From: an archaeon
GTDB taxonomy: Archaea; Nanobdellota; Nanobdellia; SCGC-AAA011-G17; PNOQ01
Length of the DNA stretch: 58,033 nt
Assembly (NCBI GenBank): GCA_018652475.1
Contig: JABICB010000009.1
Coordinates: forward strand, 1-58,033
Direction: 5' to 3'
Shown: piece after piece, positions 1-7,257 of the stretch
How the letters are laid out: every line of letters starts with the position of its first letter
How positions within the stretch are numbered: the stretch's first letter is position 1
Notes under the pieces: model-generated
Told to the model about the DNA's origin: nothing
The model's input: the letters and a program-made list of their open reading frames with translations, nothing else
The model's database searches: none
Made by a program: the position numbers and the translations under genes

Positions 1-150
1 AGGGATAAGAGCTGAAAGCATCTAAGCTCGAAGCCCACCCCGAAAAGAGACATTACAAATACTCGCAAAAGACGAGGTTGATAGAAATGACGTGTAAGTA
101 TCGAGGCAACGAGATATTCAGCGTGCATTTACTAATAGTTTGGACCTTTT
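1..150 (+). rRNA. rrl: 23S rRNA, 3'-terminal ~150 nt (partial, continues off the left edge)
   Basis: GGGATAAGAGCTGAAAGCATCTAAGCTCGAAGCCC ... GGTTGATAG ... TTACTAATAG matches the conserved 3' end of LSU rRNA. It is a GC-richer island. The 3' boundary is approximate. Confidence 0.85.
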
Positions 151-206
151 AAGGAATATATTTACCTATGTACAACCTATGATATTTTACTAATTTTATA
201 GGAAGT

Positions 207-214
207 TTTTATAA
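207..214 (+). promoter_or_regulatory. TATA box (TTTTATAA) about 30 nt upstream of ATG 241
   Basis: Same TTTATAAA-like element at the same spacing as upstream of many other genes and RNAs in this window. Confidence 0.45.
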
Positions 215-240
215 GCTAGAGTGTGCTCTCTTTTTTTATT

Positions 241-960
241 ATGACTACAATTGTTGGAGTTAAAACCACTACAGGATTAGATGCCATTGTTTTAGCAGCT
301 GATTATACTAAGACTACTTTTTATGGTGCTTCTGGAGGAAATTCTATAAATAATGCCGAATCTGGTAAAATGAAAAAATTATATTGTGCAAGAAATTTCG
401 CATTTGGATTTGCCGGAAAGATGGATTTAGATCATATTGGTGAGTTATGGCAAAAATTAAAAATTAAAAATAAAAAAAATAAAAATTATATTGATGTTTC
501 AGAACAATTAAGAAATGGATATTTTGAAGAAATTGCAATGATGAATAGCATACAAACTACTATGGGGGATTATATAGATTCTACTGCTCAAACTGAATTT
601 ATTTTTGGAACTAATGAAGGTGATGAATTAAGTTTGCACCATGTTTCTCCTCTTGGGGCCGTTACAAATTTTGATAATTATGTGTTTAGTGGTTCTGGAA
701 GTGAATATGTTGAAGAGTATTTAGAAGATGCTTATGATATTAGATCGCTAGATGGGCCTTCTATTAATTTAAGAAAGGCAGTTAATTTAGCTAGAAAAAG
801 TATTCATTTAGCTAAAAAAGATATGTATAGTGGTACAGAAATATTAGATTTTACTATTATAACTAAAGATTCTATAACCTATTATGGTGATAATCTTAGA
901 AAAAAGTTAAAGAAGTTCAAAAATAAGGAAATAAAAAAGATAATAACATCTTATCATTAG
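241..960 (+). CDS. Ntn-hydrolase, proteasome beta / HslV-like subunit (divergent)
   Basis: ATG 241 gives M-TTIVGVK, with Thr directly after Met. KKLY, GFAG and SGSGSEYVEEYLE motifs occur in the order seen in proteasome beta/HslV. The ORF-track start at 223 is GTG and lies only ~10 nt after the TATA box. Confidence 0.6.
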   Translation: MTTIVGVKTTTGLDAIVLAADYTKTTFYGASGGNSINNAESGKMKKLYCARNFAFGFAGKMDLDHIGELWQKLKIKNKKNKNYIDVSEQLRNGYFEEIAMMNSIQTTMGDYIDSTAQTEFIFGTNEGDELSLHHVSPLGAVTNFDNYVFSGSGSEYVEEYLEDAYDIRSLDGPSINLRKAVNLARKSIHLAKKDMYSGTEILDFTIITKDSITYYGDNLRKKLKKFKNKEIKKIITSYH

Positions 961-1060
961 TCCGAAGCTTTATAAATGACCTTATATTATATATTTTGTA
1001 ATTTAGTTATTTGTATTTATACAAAGTCTATTTTTATATAAATTCGTAGGAGGAATTAGA

Positions 1061-1246
1061 ATGAATTATACAGAAGAAATGAAAGCACAGATAAAGGAAG
1101 TATATTCTAATATTTCAGAAACCAGTAAAAAATATGAAAAGCATTTTTTAGAAATGCCAACTTATTTGAACGGTGCAGGAAATAGAATAAAAGATCTTAT
1201 TTCTGGAGAAGAAATAAATGATAATTTAGAAGGAAAACTTCTATAA
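1061..1246 (+). CDS. hypothetical small protein (61 aa)
   Basis: ORF preceded by AGGAGG 7 nt upstream of the ATG and followed by a T-run. No recognisable motif. Confidence 0.45.
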   Translation: MNYTEEMKAQIKEVYSNISETSKKYEKHFLEMPTYLNGAGNRIKDLISGEEINDNLEGKLL

Positions 1247-1260
1247 TTTTCTTTTTTTTT
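1247..1260 (+). terminator. oligo-T tract (TTTTCTTTTTTTTT), archaeal-type terminator candidate
   Basis: T-run immediately after stop 1244..1246 and before the RNase P RNA promoter. Confidence 0.35.
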
Positions 1261-1271
1261 AAAATAGTTAA

Positions 1272-1280
1272 TTTTATAAA
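1272..1280 (+). promoter_or_regulatory. TATA box (TTTTATAAA) ~26 nt upstream of RNase P RNA 5' end
   Basis: Consensus-like archaeal TATA at canonical spacing from the P1 stem start. Confidence 0.5.
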
Positions 1281-1301
1281 GTAAAATTTTGTTAATTTTT
1301 A

Positions 1302-1607
1302 TGTAGGTAGGTACTTAACTATCCTGTCAATGGGAGGAAAGTCCGCACACTATAAACGGTCGCTTACGTAAGTTAAGTCGGAGAAATTCGAGGCAACCGC
1401 TCAGAAACGACACGTCCTTATATTGTTATAAAGATGTGGCATGCGAAGCTTTTCGCGAGAGAAGTGAGTTAACCTGCTGAATAGATATAAGGGATCGATG
1501 AAACGGCGAGTCCCGATTTGTGCAAGTCAGTGAGACGCTTAGTTGAATGTTAAGATGATCTGTTCGATTACGAAGATCAACAAAATGCGGCTTATGCTTA
1601 CCTACAT
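1302..1607 (+). ncRNA. rnpB: RNase P RNA
   Basis: GGGAGGAAAGTCCGCAC (CR-I) near the 5' end and ACAAAATGCGGCTTA (CR-V) near the 3' end. Terminal P1 pairing GTAGGTAGG / CTTACCTAC. GC-rich, ORF-free, ~305 nt. Confidence 0.9.
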
Positions 1608-1617
1608 TTTCAGTTAA

Positions 1618-1626
1618 TTTTATAAA
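1618..1626 (+). promoter_or_regulatory. TATA box (TTTATAAAA) ~26 nt upstream of ATG 1648 (leaderless-type spacing)
   Basis: Sequence and spacing. Confidence 0.5.
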
Positions 1627-1647
1627 ATATCTTTTTAAGTTATCTTT

Positions 1648-2880
1648 ATGAAGAGTATGTTTTTGATTTTACTAATTATTTGTATGCCTTTTGTTTATTC
1701 TATAGATATTGAAGAAATTTCTACTCTTGGAGGAAATTTAGGGGGCGAAGAAAGTATTACTCGTTATGTTTATGGTTTAAATGGGCTAGTTGCTTCAGTA
1801 AAAGATAATAAGATAAGATATCATCAGAATGATCGTATTGGGAGTAATCGTTTGATAATAGATGACTTTGGATTAGTTAAAAATAAATTTAAATCTTTAC
1901 CTTTTGGACAGGAAATCGAGAATACGGGAATAAAATTTAGTTTTGCAACTGGAAAAGAATTAGATGATTCTGGTTTGTATTATTTTGGTGCCAGGTATTA
2001 TGATTCTGATTTGGGCAGGTTTATATCTGTTGATCCAGTTCCTTCCGAGCCTGCATATCAATATGTTTCTAATAATCCTTTGAATTTAGTAGATTTGAAT
2101 GGGAATGAACCTTCTGTGTATAATTCTCAGACAGGTAATAAATTTCCAAATCCTATTAGTATCAATGATCTTGGAACTAAGTCATTTAATACTCAGCTTT
2201 ATATTTTTGATGAATTTATTGAATATAAAGGAGGGGCTTTATCAGAAGGTATAACTCTGAATATTGGTGCAGAGGGAAATAATGCTAGAGTTTCTACCAA
2301 TACTATAAATCTAAAAAGTAATGCCCATCCTAGTGCATTCGCTCATGAATTCGAACACCTCAGAACAGCTGGCACGAGAGGGGCTCTACGTGAGGGATTA
2401 GCATTCAAAGAAGGAGGATTATTTACTCAACACCTTAATAAAAAGTATAAGACAAATTTACATATTAATTCTGCTGAACGTGCTGCTATGAATGGTCCGA
2501 ACTCTTTTTTCAATTGGTATACTGACAAAAGTCCTTACTTGAAAGGTTATCCAGAACATAGTCCTTGGAATGCTGCAAAGGAGCTTGGACAAAGTAGATT
2601 ATTTAATCTTCCAAGAATTGCTAGGGCGACTGCATTTCAAAAATTATCTTCAACTTCATATAAGGGGGCAGCTAGCATTTTAGGTGCTTCATCAAAACTT
2701 CTTGGTGTAGCAGTGGTGGCGACTGCAATGGGATCAAGTGGGTTTTCAGTAGGTAATTTAAATGATAAAATACTTCAGTTTCAACCCGATCAGATGAAAT
2801 TAAACAGTTGCATGAGGTGCCATTCTTTTCAAGCTGTTGAAAATCAAGAACAGTATGGAGGGTGGAGTAATAAATATTAA
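1648..2880 (+). CDS. secreted RHS repeat-associated-core protein with C-terminal HExxH metallopeptidase-like domain (mini-RHS 1)
   Basis: Signal peptide MKSMFLILLIICMPFVYS. Core motifs YHQNDRIGSNRL, LPFGQE, GLYYFGARYYDSDLGRFISVDP, NNPLNLVDLNG. HEFEH encoded at 2344..2358. Gly/Ala-rich hydrophobic stretch near the C-terminus. Confidence 0.8.
   Translation: MKSMFLILLIICMPFVYSIDIEEISTLGGNLGGEESITRYVYGLNGLVASVKDNKIRYHQNDRIGSNRLIIDDFGLVKNKFKSLPFGQEIENTGIKFSFATGKELDDSGLYYFGARYYDSDLGRFISVDPVPSEPAYQYVSNNPLNLVDLNGNEPSVYNSQTGNKFPNPISINDLGTKSFNTQLYIFDEFIEYKGGALSEGITLNIGAEGNNARVSTNTINLKSNAHPSAFAHEFEHLRTAGTRGALREGLAFKEGGLFTQHLNKKYKTNLHINSAERAAMNGPNSFFNWYTDKSPYLKGYPEHSPWNAAKELGQSRLFNLPRIARATAFQKLSSTSYKGAASILGASSKLLGVAVVATAMGSSGFSVGNLNDKILQFQPDQMKLNSCMRCHSFQAVENQEQYGGWSNKY
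1747..2103 (+). repeat. dispersed 357-nt (119-codon) RHS-core module, copy 1
   Basis: Alignable codon-for-codon with 5726..6082 and 12510..12866. A 66-nt run at 1958..2023 is identical to 12721..12786. Confidence 0.85.
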
Positions 2881-2887
2881 TAACAAA

Positions 2888-2895
2888 TTTTATAA
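2888..2895 (+). promoter_or_regulatory. TATA box (TTTATAAA) ~29 nt upstream of ATG 2921
   Basis: Sequence and spacing. Confidence 0.45.
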
Positions 2896-2920
2896 ATACA
2901 TTTAGTTCTTATTTTTCATC

Positions 2921-3088
2921 ATGGCAAAAGATAAAATACAAATGCCTTCCAGCGGTGGAGGATTAGTGAGATATTTTGATGAATATAAGAGTAAGTTCAT
3001 GTTTAAACCAGGAACTATTGTTTTTTGGATTGTATTAGTTATTATTATTGAGATTTTATTACATACTTATGGGGGTAATTTAATTTAA
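2921..3088 (+). CDS. secG: preprotein translocase subunit Sec61-beta (SecG, archaeal); 55 aa, absent from the ORF track
   Basis: Manual translation gives MAKDKIQMPSSGGGLVRYFDEYKSKFMFKPGTIVFWIVLVIIIEILLHTYGGNLI. It has the conserved PSSGGGL(I/V)RYFDE motif plus a C-terminal TM helix. The stop lies 1 nt before the NAC ATG. Confidence 0.8.
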   Translation: MAKDKIQMPSSGGGLVRYFDEYKSKFMFKPGTIVFWIVLVIIIEILLHTYGGNLI

Positions 3089-3089
3089 A

Positions 3090-3416
3090 ATGATGCCAGG
3101 TATGGATCCTCGGAAAATGCAAAAGATGATGAATCGTATGGGTATCAAACAACAAGAAATTGATGCTATTGAAGTAATCATAAAGACAACTGATAAAAAT
3201 TTAATTATAAGAAATCCTAGTGTTACTAAGATTGATATGATGGGTCAAAAAACTCTTCAAATTACTGGTGATATTGAGGAAGAAAGTTCTATTTCTGAAG
3301 AAGATATTAAAACCGTTTCTGAACAAGCTGAAGTTCTTGAAGAAGAAGCTAAAAAAGCACTAGAAGAGTCAGATGGTGATTTAGCTGAAGCTATACTAAA
3401 TCTTAAAAAAGAATAG
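3090..3416 (+). CDS. nac: nascent polypeptide-associated complex protein (NAC domain + UBA)
   Basis: MMPGMDPRKMQKMMNRMGIK ... VIIKT ... C-terminal ALEESDGDLAEAIL UBA-like tail. Confidence 0.85.
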   Translation: MMPGMDPRKMQKMMNRMGIKQQEIDAIEVIIKTTDKNLIIRNPSVTKIDMMGQKTLQITGDIEEESSISEEDIKTVSEQAEVLEEEAKKALEESDGDLAEAILNLKKE

Positions 3417-3457
3417 TTTTTTAAATTGACGTATATGCTGCAGTATATAGGTTTAAA

Positions 3458-4120
3458 ATGAATAAAATTAAAAAATCACTATTAACTGCTGGTATGTTAG
3501 GTTTGTTAGGATATGGGATGTTAACAAATCCTCCTAAATTAATTAGTAGTTCTGAGTTTGATGATAATGGGGTGAATTTGGAGTTGAGATTGGATTCTAC
3601 TTCATTTTTAGATATATCTGATAAGGAAATGGGATTGTCAAGAGAGAGAGTTGAATCTCTATTTTCTAATAATGGTGCTAGTTGTGCAGGGGCACTTTCA
3701 GTTTGTTATGCTGAAGTATTTAGGGGAAGAAGATTTGGCGGATTGATTGGTGCACATTATAAAGGGGATAATGGTGGAGTTTATGGTAATGCTTGGGATA
3801 TGAGAGATAATGTTATTTCACAGGGTGGAGAAGTAATATATTCTGGTGATTATGATAATTTCAAATCTATAGATTTCGATATAGGTTCACTTAGTTCAGG
3901 AGATATTCTTGGAATTTATTATGATGGAAGTAATTATAAAAAACCTGCGAAGGAATCCTTGGGTGATAATTATTACACTCATGTGGGTTTAATAATTGGA
4001 GAAAATGATTTAAATGAACCCATTATTATACATTATGTGAACAAACAGTTAATTGTTGAACCCTTGAAAGATTTAATTGATAAAAAAGATTACTCCCTTA
4101 AGGAAGTTTTCAGACCTTAA
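3458..4120 (+). CDS. secreted/anchored NlpC/P60-CHAP-like papain-fold hydrolase
   Basis: N-terminal hydrophobic anchor. Cys (ASCAGAL), GNAWDMRDN, YTHVGLII and IIHY align with the C-terminal domain of 5612..6727 (QCARGV, GNAWDMRKN, YTHVGFVV, IAHF), giving a Cys-His-His arrangement. Confidence 0.6.
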   Translation: MNKIKKSLLTAGMLGLLGYGMLTNPPKLISSSEFDDNGVNLELRLDSTSFLDISDKEMGLSRERVESLFSNNGASCAGALSVCYAEVFRGRRFGGLIGAHYKGDNGGVYGNAWDMRDNVISQGGEVIYSGDYDNFKSIDFDIGSLSSGDILGIYYDGSNYKKPAKESLGDNYYTHVGLIIGENDLNEPIIIHYVNKQLIVEPLKDLIDKKDYSLKEVFRP

Positions 4121-4172
4121 TTCTTAATAAGAAATCTTTAAAAATAACATTAATTTCTATTTTTTTGTAATC

Positions 4173-5576
4173 ATGGTGGACAACTATCAATCATATATGG
4201 AGTATGCACTTTTTAATAAAAATTTAACTTCTGAAGATGCAGAATATGTTATAAAAAATGTAGTTAAGAGAAAAGAGGATTTTGATACAGAAAAATTAAA
4301 ATTAATTTCTGAAGGTCATAGCGAAACAGAAACTTTACGATCAATTTATACAAATAGGATGGAAAATAGATTTATTCCAAAAAAATATTTACCTTCTTTT
4401 GTTGATGCTGCTATAGAATACTGGATGGGAAACAAATCTGATTTGAATTTTTCAAAAATTAATTCTGAAATTGTCAATAAATTATCAAAAACTGAAAATG
4501 TTGGTATCTCTTTTGCAAAAAGTTTGGCAGATAATCTTTTTGAAAATTATCATAATTCTATAATTTTAGATTCAATTAATGGTGAATTCAGTGAACTTGA
4601 AGTTTTAGTAAATGGTGAATTTGATGAATATTCCTATGATTATCCAGAAGGAGAGAATAATTTCCATTCTTTTATTAGAAAGTGTGATTTGAAAAGTATA
4701 TATTCAAATTATTTTAGTGATAAACGTCCAGTGAATCATCCTGAGTTTGGTTATGATAAACTATTTGTATTGACTTCAAGTAAGAATTGTTTTTTAGATA
4801 GTTTAAATTCATTAAATAATAAGGATTATTCTAGTTTTAGAAAAAACCCAATTATTCGTACTATTAATAAAATTCAAAGTGATGTGCCTAATTTATTTGG
4901 AAGTGTTTTATTAACACGAATGAAATCTGGGGGGAGGGCTGCAGATAAAATATTAAATGATGCTAGTCATCATGATATATTCGGAGTTAAATTATTAGTA
5001 GAAGATACTTCATATTTTTTCCCAGATTTTTCTGAAGACTTGTTCGATAATGATGAATTAAAAAATAATATAAGATTTAAATTAGAATCTTATTTGAAGA
5101 TTTCTTCATCCGAAGAGGTTACTTCGTTTTTAAAATCTGCATTGAATATATATGATACTGAAACCCATAGATTACCAATTCCTGCCACTTTAGATAATTC
5201 AAATGATATTTTTTCAATTGATAATCCTTATTTTTCTTTACTAATTCGTGCTTATGAAGTAATTGATTTTTTGGATAATTCAGATAAGTATAATTATCGT
5301 GTTTTAAATAGATTTACTAGGAAGGAATATCCTTCTGTCGTTTTCAAAATTGATGATGTTGATAATGATGAATCATTGGAGTTATTATTAGAACTTAACA
5401 AAACTGAAGATAAACTTTCTCATGATAATTATGTGACTCGGCGAGATCAGGTTACTAAATATTTAAAGAAAGTAATTCCTGAATTAGGTTCACTTAGTGA
5501 GTTTATTGATAATAAGTTATATCCTTCTCTAGATTTAGTTAATTTACAAAAATATTCTGATATTGATGAAAATTAG
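4173..5576 (+). CDS. hypothetical protein (467 aa, cytoplasmic, no recognised domain)
   Basis: Long ORF with ATG start and no signal peptide or TM segment. Lies between the two NlpC/P60-like genes. Confidence 0.6.
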   Translation: MVDNYQSYMEYALFNKNLTSEDAEYVIKNVVKRKEDFDTEKLKLISEGHSETETLRSIYTNRMENRFIPKKYLPSFVDAAIEYWMGNKSDLNFSKINSEIVNKLSKTENVGISFAKSLADNLFENYHNSIILDSINGEFSELEVLVNGEFDEYSYDYPEGENNFHSFIRKCDLKSIYSNYFSDKRPVNHPEFGYDKLFVLTSSKNCFLDSLNSLNNKDYSSFRKNPIIRTINKIQSDVPNLFGSVLLTRMKSGGRAADKILNDASHHDIFGVKLLVEDTSYFFPDFSEDLFDNDELKNNIRFKLESYLKISSSEEVTSFLKSALNIYDTETHRLPIPATLDNSNDIFSIDNPYFSLLIRAYEVIDFLDNSDKYNYRVLNRFTRKEYPSVVFKIDDVDNDESLELLLELNKTEDKLSHDNYVTRRDQVTKYLKKVIPELGSLSEFIDNKLYPSLDLVNLQKYSDIDEN

Positions 5577-5581
5577 AAATA

Positions 5582-5589
5582 TTTTTATA
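5582..5589 (+). promoter_or_regulatory. TATA box (TTTTTATA) ~26 nt upstream of ATG 5612
   Basis: Sequence and spacing. Confidence 0.45.
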
Positions 5590-5611
5590 GGAGATATATA
5601 AATAATAGACT

Positions 5612-6727
5612 ATGAAAAGAGGTTTTGTATTAGTTTTAGCATTTTTGTTATGTATTAGTTTTGTTAGTGCAAAAATTCCTATTAAAGATATTTCCGTTTC
5701 AGAAATTAATATTGATGAGCAAAGGGAAGAAAGTATTACTCGTTATATCTATGGGCTAAATGGTTTAGTTGCTTCTGTATCTGATTCTGGGATTAATTAT
5801 TATCATTCTGATAGATTAAAAAGTAATAGATTAATAACTAACTCTTTTGGTGAAATTATTAAACAGTTTAACTCCTTGCCTTTTGGGCAGGAAATTGAGA
5901 ATACTGGAATAAAATTTAGTTTTGCGACTGGAAAAGAATTAGATGAAAGTGATCTTTATCATTTTGGTGCACGTTATTATGATTCTGATTTGGGCAGGTT
6001 TACATCTATTGATCCAGTTAAAGAAAATCATGCTTATTCTTATGTTAGAAATAATCCTATGAATTTAGTTGATCCTAATGGTAGGGATGCTGTCAGTTTA
6101 AAACAAATTAATCTTCCTTCTGGTTATACTAATAATATTTTTGAATCTATGAGGGCTAATTTTGAGAATGTACACAATGCCGGCAAATATCAATGTGCAA
6201 GAGGGGTGAGTTATGCATATCAAACTTGGGCAGATATATCTAAAGATGAAAGAATTAAAAATACTAAGGTAACTGGTAATGCGTGGGACATGAGAAAAAA
6301 TATTGATAATTCAATATTAACAAAAAAGGTTACAGCTTATTCCGATTTTACTTCTGAAGAATTAAATTTATTTAAAGAAGGTGATATAATAGGAATTTAT
6401 AATCGTGATAGCAGTTATAATACTGCTGCAAAGGTGAAATTAGGTAACAATAATTATTATACTCACGTAGGTTTTGTTGTTGATGTTTTAAAAGATGGTA
6501 ATCCTATTATTGCACATTTTATAAAAGATACTATGAAAGTTGAAACTCTTTCTAATCTATTATCGGGGAAATTCGAATTTAGGGAATTATTGCGTCCAAA
6601 TCATTCTATTCAAGTAAACCTTAGGGAATGGTCTAAAGAGTATAAAGAAACTGGAAGTTCATCTATTAATACTTTTCACCACACAGTATCAGATAATCTG
6701 CCTGTAGAATTGCCTATTCCAGATTAG
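5612..6727 (+). CDS. secreted RHS repeat-associated-core protein with C-terminal NlpC/P60-CHAP-like domain (mini-RHS 2)
   Basis: Signal peptide ending VSA-K. Core motifs YYHSDRLKSNRL, LPFGQE, LYHFGARYYDSDLGRFTSIDP, NNPMNLVDPNG. The C-terminal domain is homologous to 3458..4120. Confidence 0.8.
   Translation: MKRGFVLVLAFLLCISFVSAKIPIKDISVSEINIDEQREESITRYIYGLNGLVASVSDSGINYYHSDRLKSNRLITNSFGEIIKQFNSLPFGQEIENTGIKFSFATGKELDESDLYHFGARYYDSDLGRFTSIDPVKENHAYSYVRNNPMNLVDPNGRDAVSLKQINLPSGYTNNIFESMRANFENVHNAGKYQCARGVSYAYQTWADISKDERIKNTKVTGNAWDMRKNIDNSILTKKVTAYSDFTSEELNLFKEGDIIGIYNRDSSYNTAAKVKLGNNNYYTHVGFVVDVLKDGNPIIAHFIKDTMKVETLSNLLSGKFEFRELLRPNHSIQVNLREWSKEYKETGSSSINTFHHTVSDNLPVELPIPD
5726..6082 (+). 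repeat. dispersed 357-nt RHS-core module, copy 2
   Basis: Aligns with copies 1 and 3. Long identical runs with copy 3 extend up to the DPxG junction, and similarity ends after it. Confidence 0.85.
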
Positions 6728-6732
6728 ATAAT

Positions 6733-6741
6733 CTTTAAATA
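6733..6741 (+). promoter_or_regulatory. TATA-like box (CTTTAAATA) ~26 nt upstream of ATG 6763
   Basis: Sequence and spacing. Confidence 0.4.
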
Positions 6742-6762
6742 TTTCACTTAACTTCCATATTT

Positions 6763-7257
6763 ATGGAAGAATTTCGTAAGTTAGTGGCGAAGGCAAATAA
6801 ACATTATAAAATTGCAGATCATATGACTTATGTAAGTTATAGACTATTAACTGACTTAAAAATTTTAATTAATGTTATTGAAAATATCAACAAGTCTTTG
6901 AAAGGTGGTGTTGATGCTTTATTGAAGTTAGATTACATTTACAAAAGAGTTAATTCCTATCCGCCTACTTTTGATGAAAGATTTATTTTATTTAAACAAC
7001 ATTGTATGAATCGTTATAAAATTGGAACTGAACAAATGTTATTGATTAGGGAATTAGATAGTATTTTAGCTCAGTATAAAAAAAGTCCAATGGCCTTTAC
7101 TCGTAATGAAAAGTTTGTTATTTATTCGGACGGATATAAAACTATGGAAACTTTGGATTTGAAAATTGTCAAATCTTATCTTTTAAAAGCAAAGGTTTTT
7201 ATATTAATATTGAATAATATACTACAAGAGAAGAATGCAGACTATAGACTTAGCTAA
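6763..7257 (+). CDS. hypothetical helical protein, paralogue of 7235..7675 (HEPN-like helical domain?)
   Basis: KIADHMTYVSY ... SYPPTFDERF pattern shared with the next ORF and with the C-terminal domains of the NTase proteins at 36925 and 45145. Overlaps the next gene. Confidence 0.55.
   Translation: MEEFRKLVAKANKHYKIADHMTYVSYRLLTDLKILINVIENINKSLKGGVDALLKLDYIYKRVNSYPPTFDERFILFKQHCMNRYKIGTEQMLLIRELDSILAQYKKSPMAFTRNEKFVIYSDGYKTMETLDLKIVKSYLLKAKVFILILNNILQEKNADYRLS

Noticed and set aside
4900-5010. A RelA/SpoT-like nucleotidyltransferase motif in the 467-aa orphan (TRMKSGGRAADKIL...DIFGVKLLV resembles RxKS...K...DxxGxRxxV).
   Set aside because: The downstream synthetase blocks (the YxSxH strand and ExQxRT) are not present at the expected spacing, and the candidate matches are about 110 aa away and degenerate. 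The match is too weak to call without a profile search.
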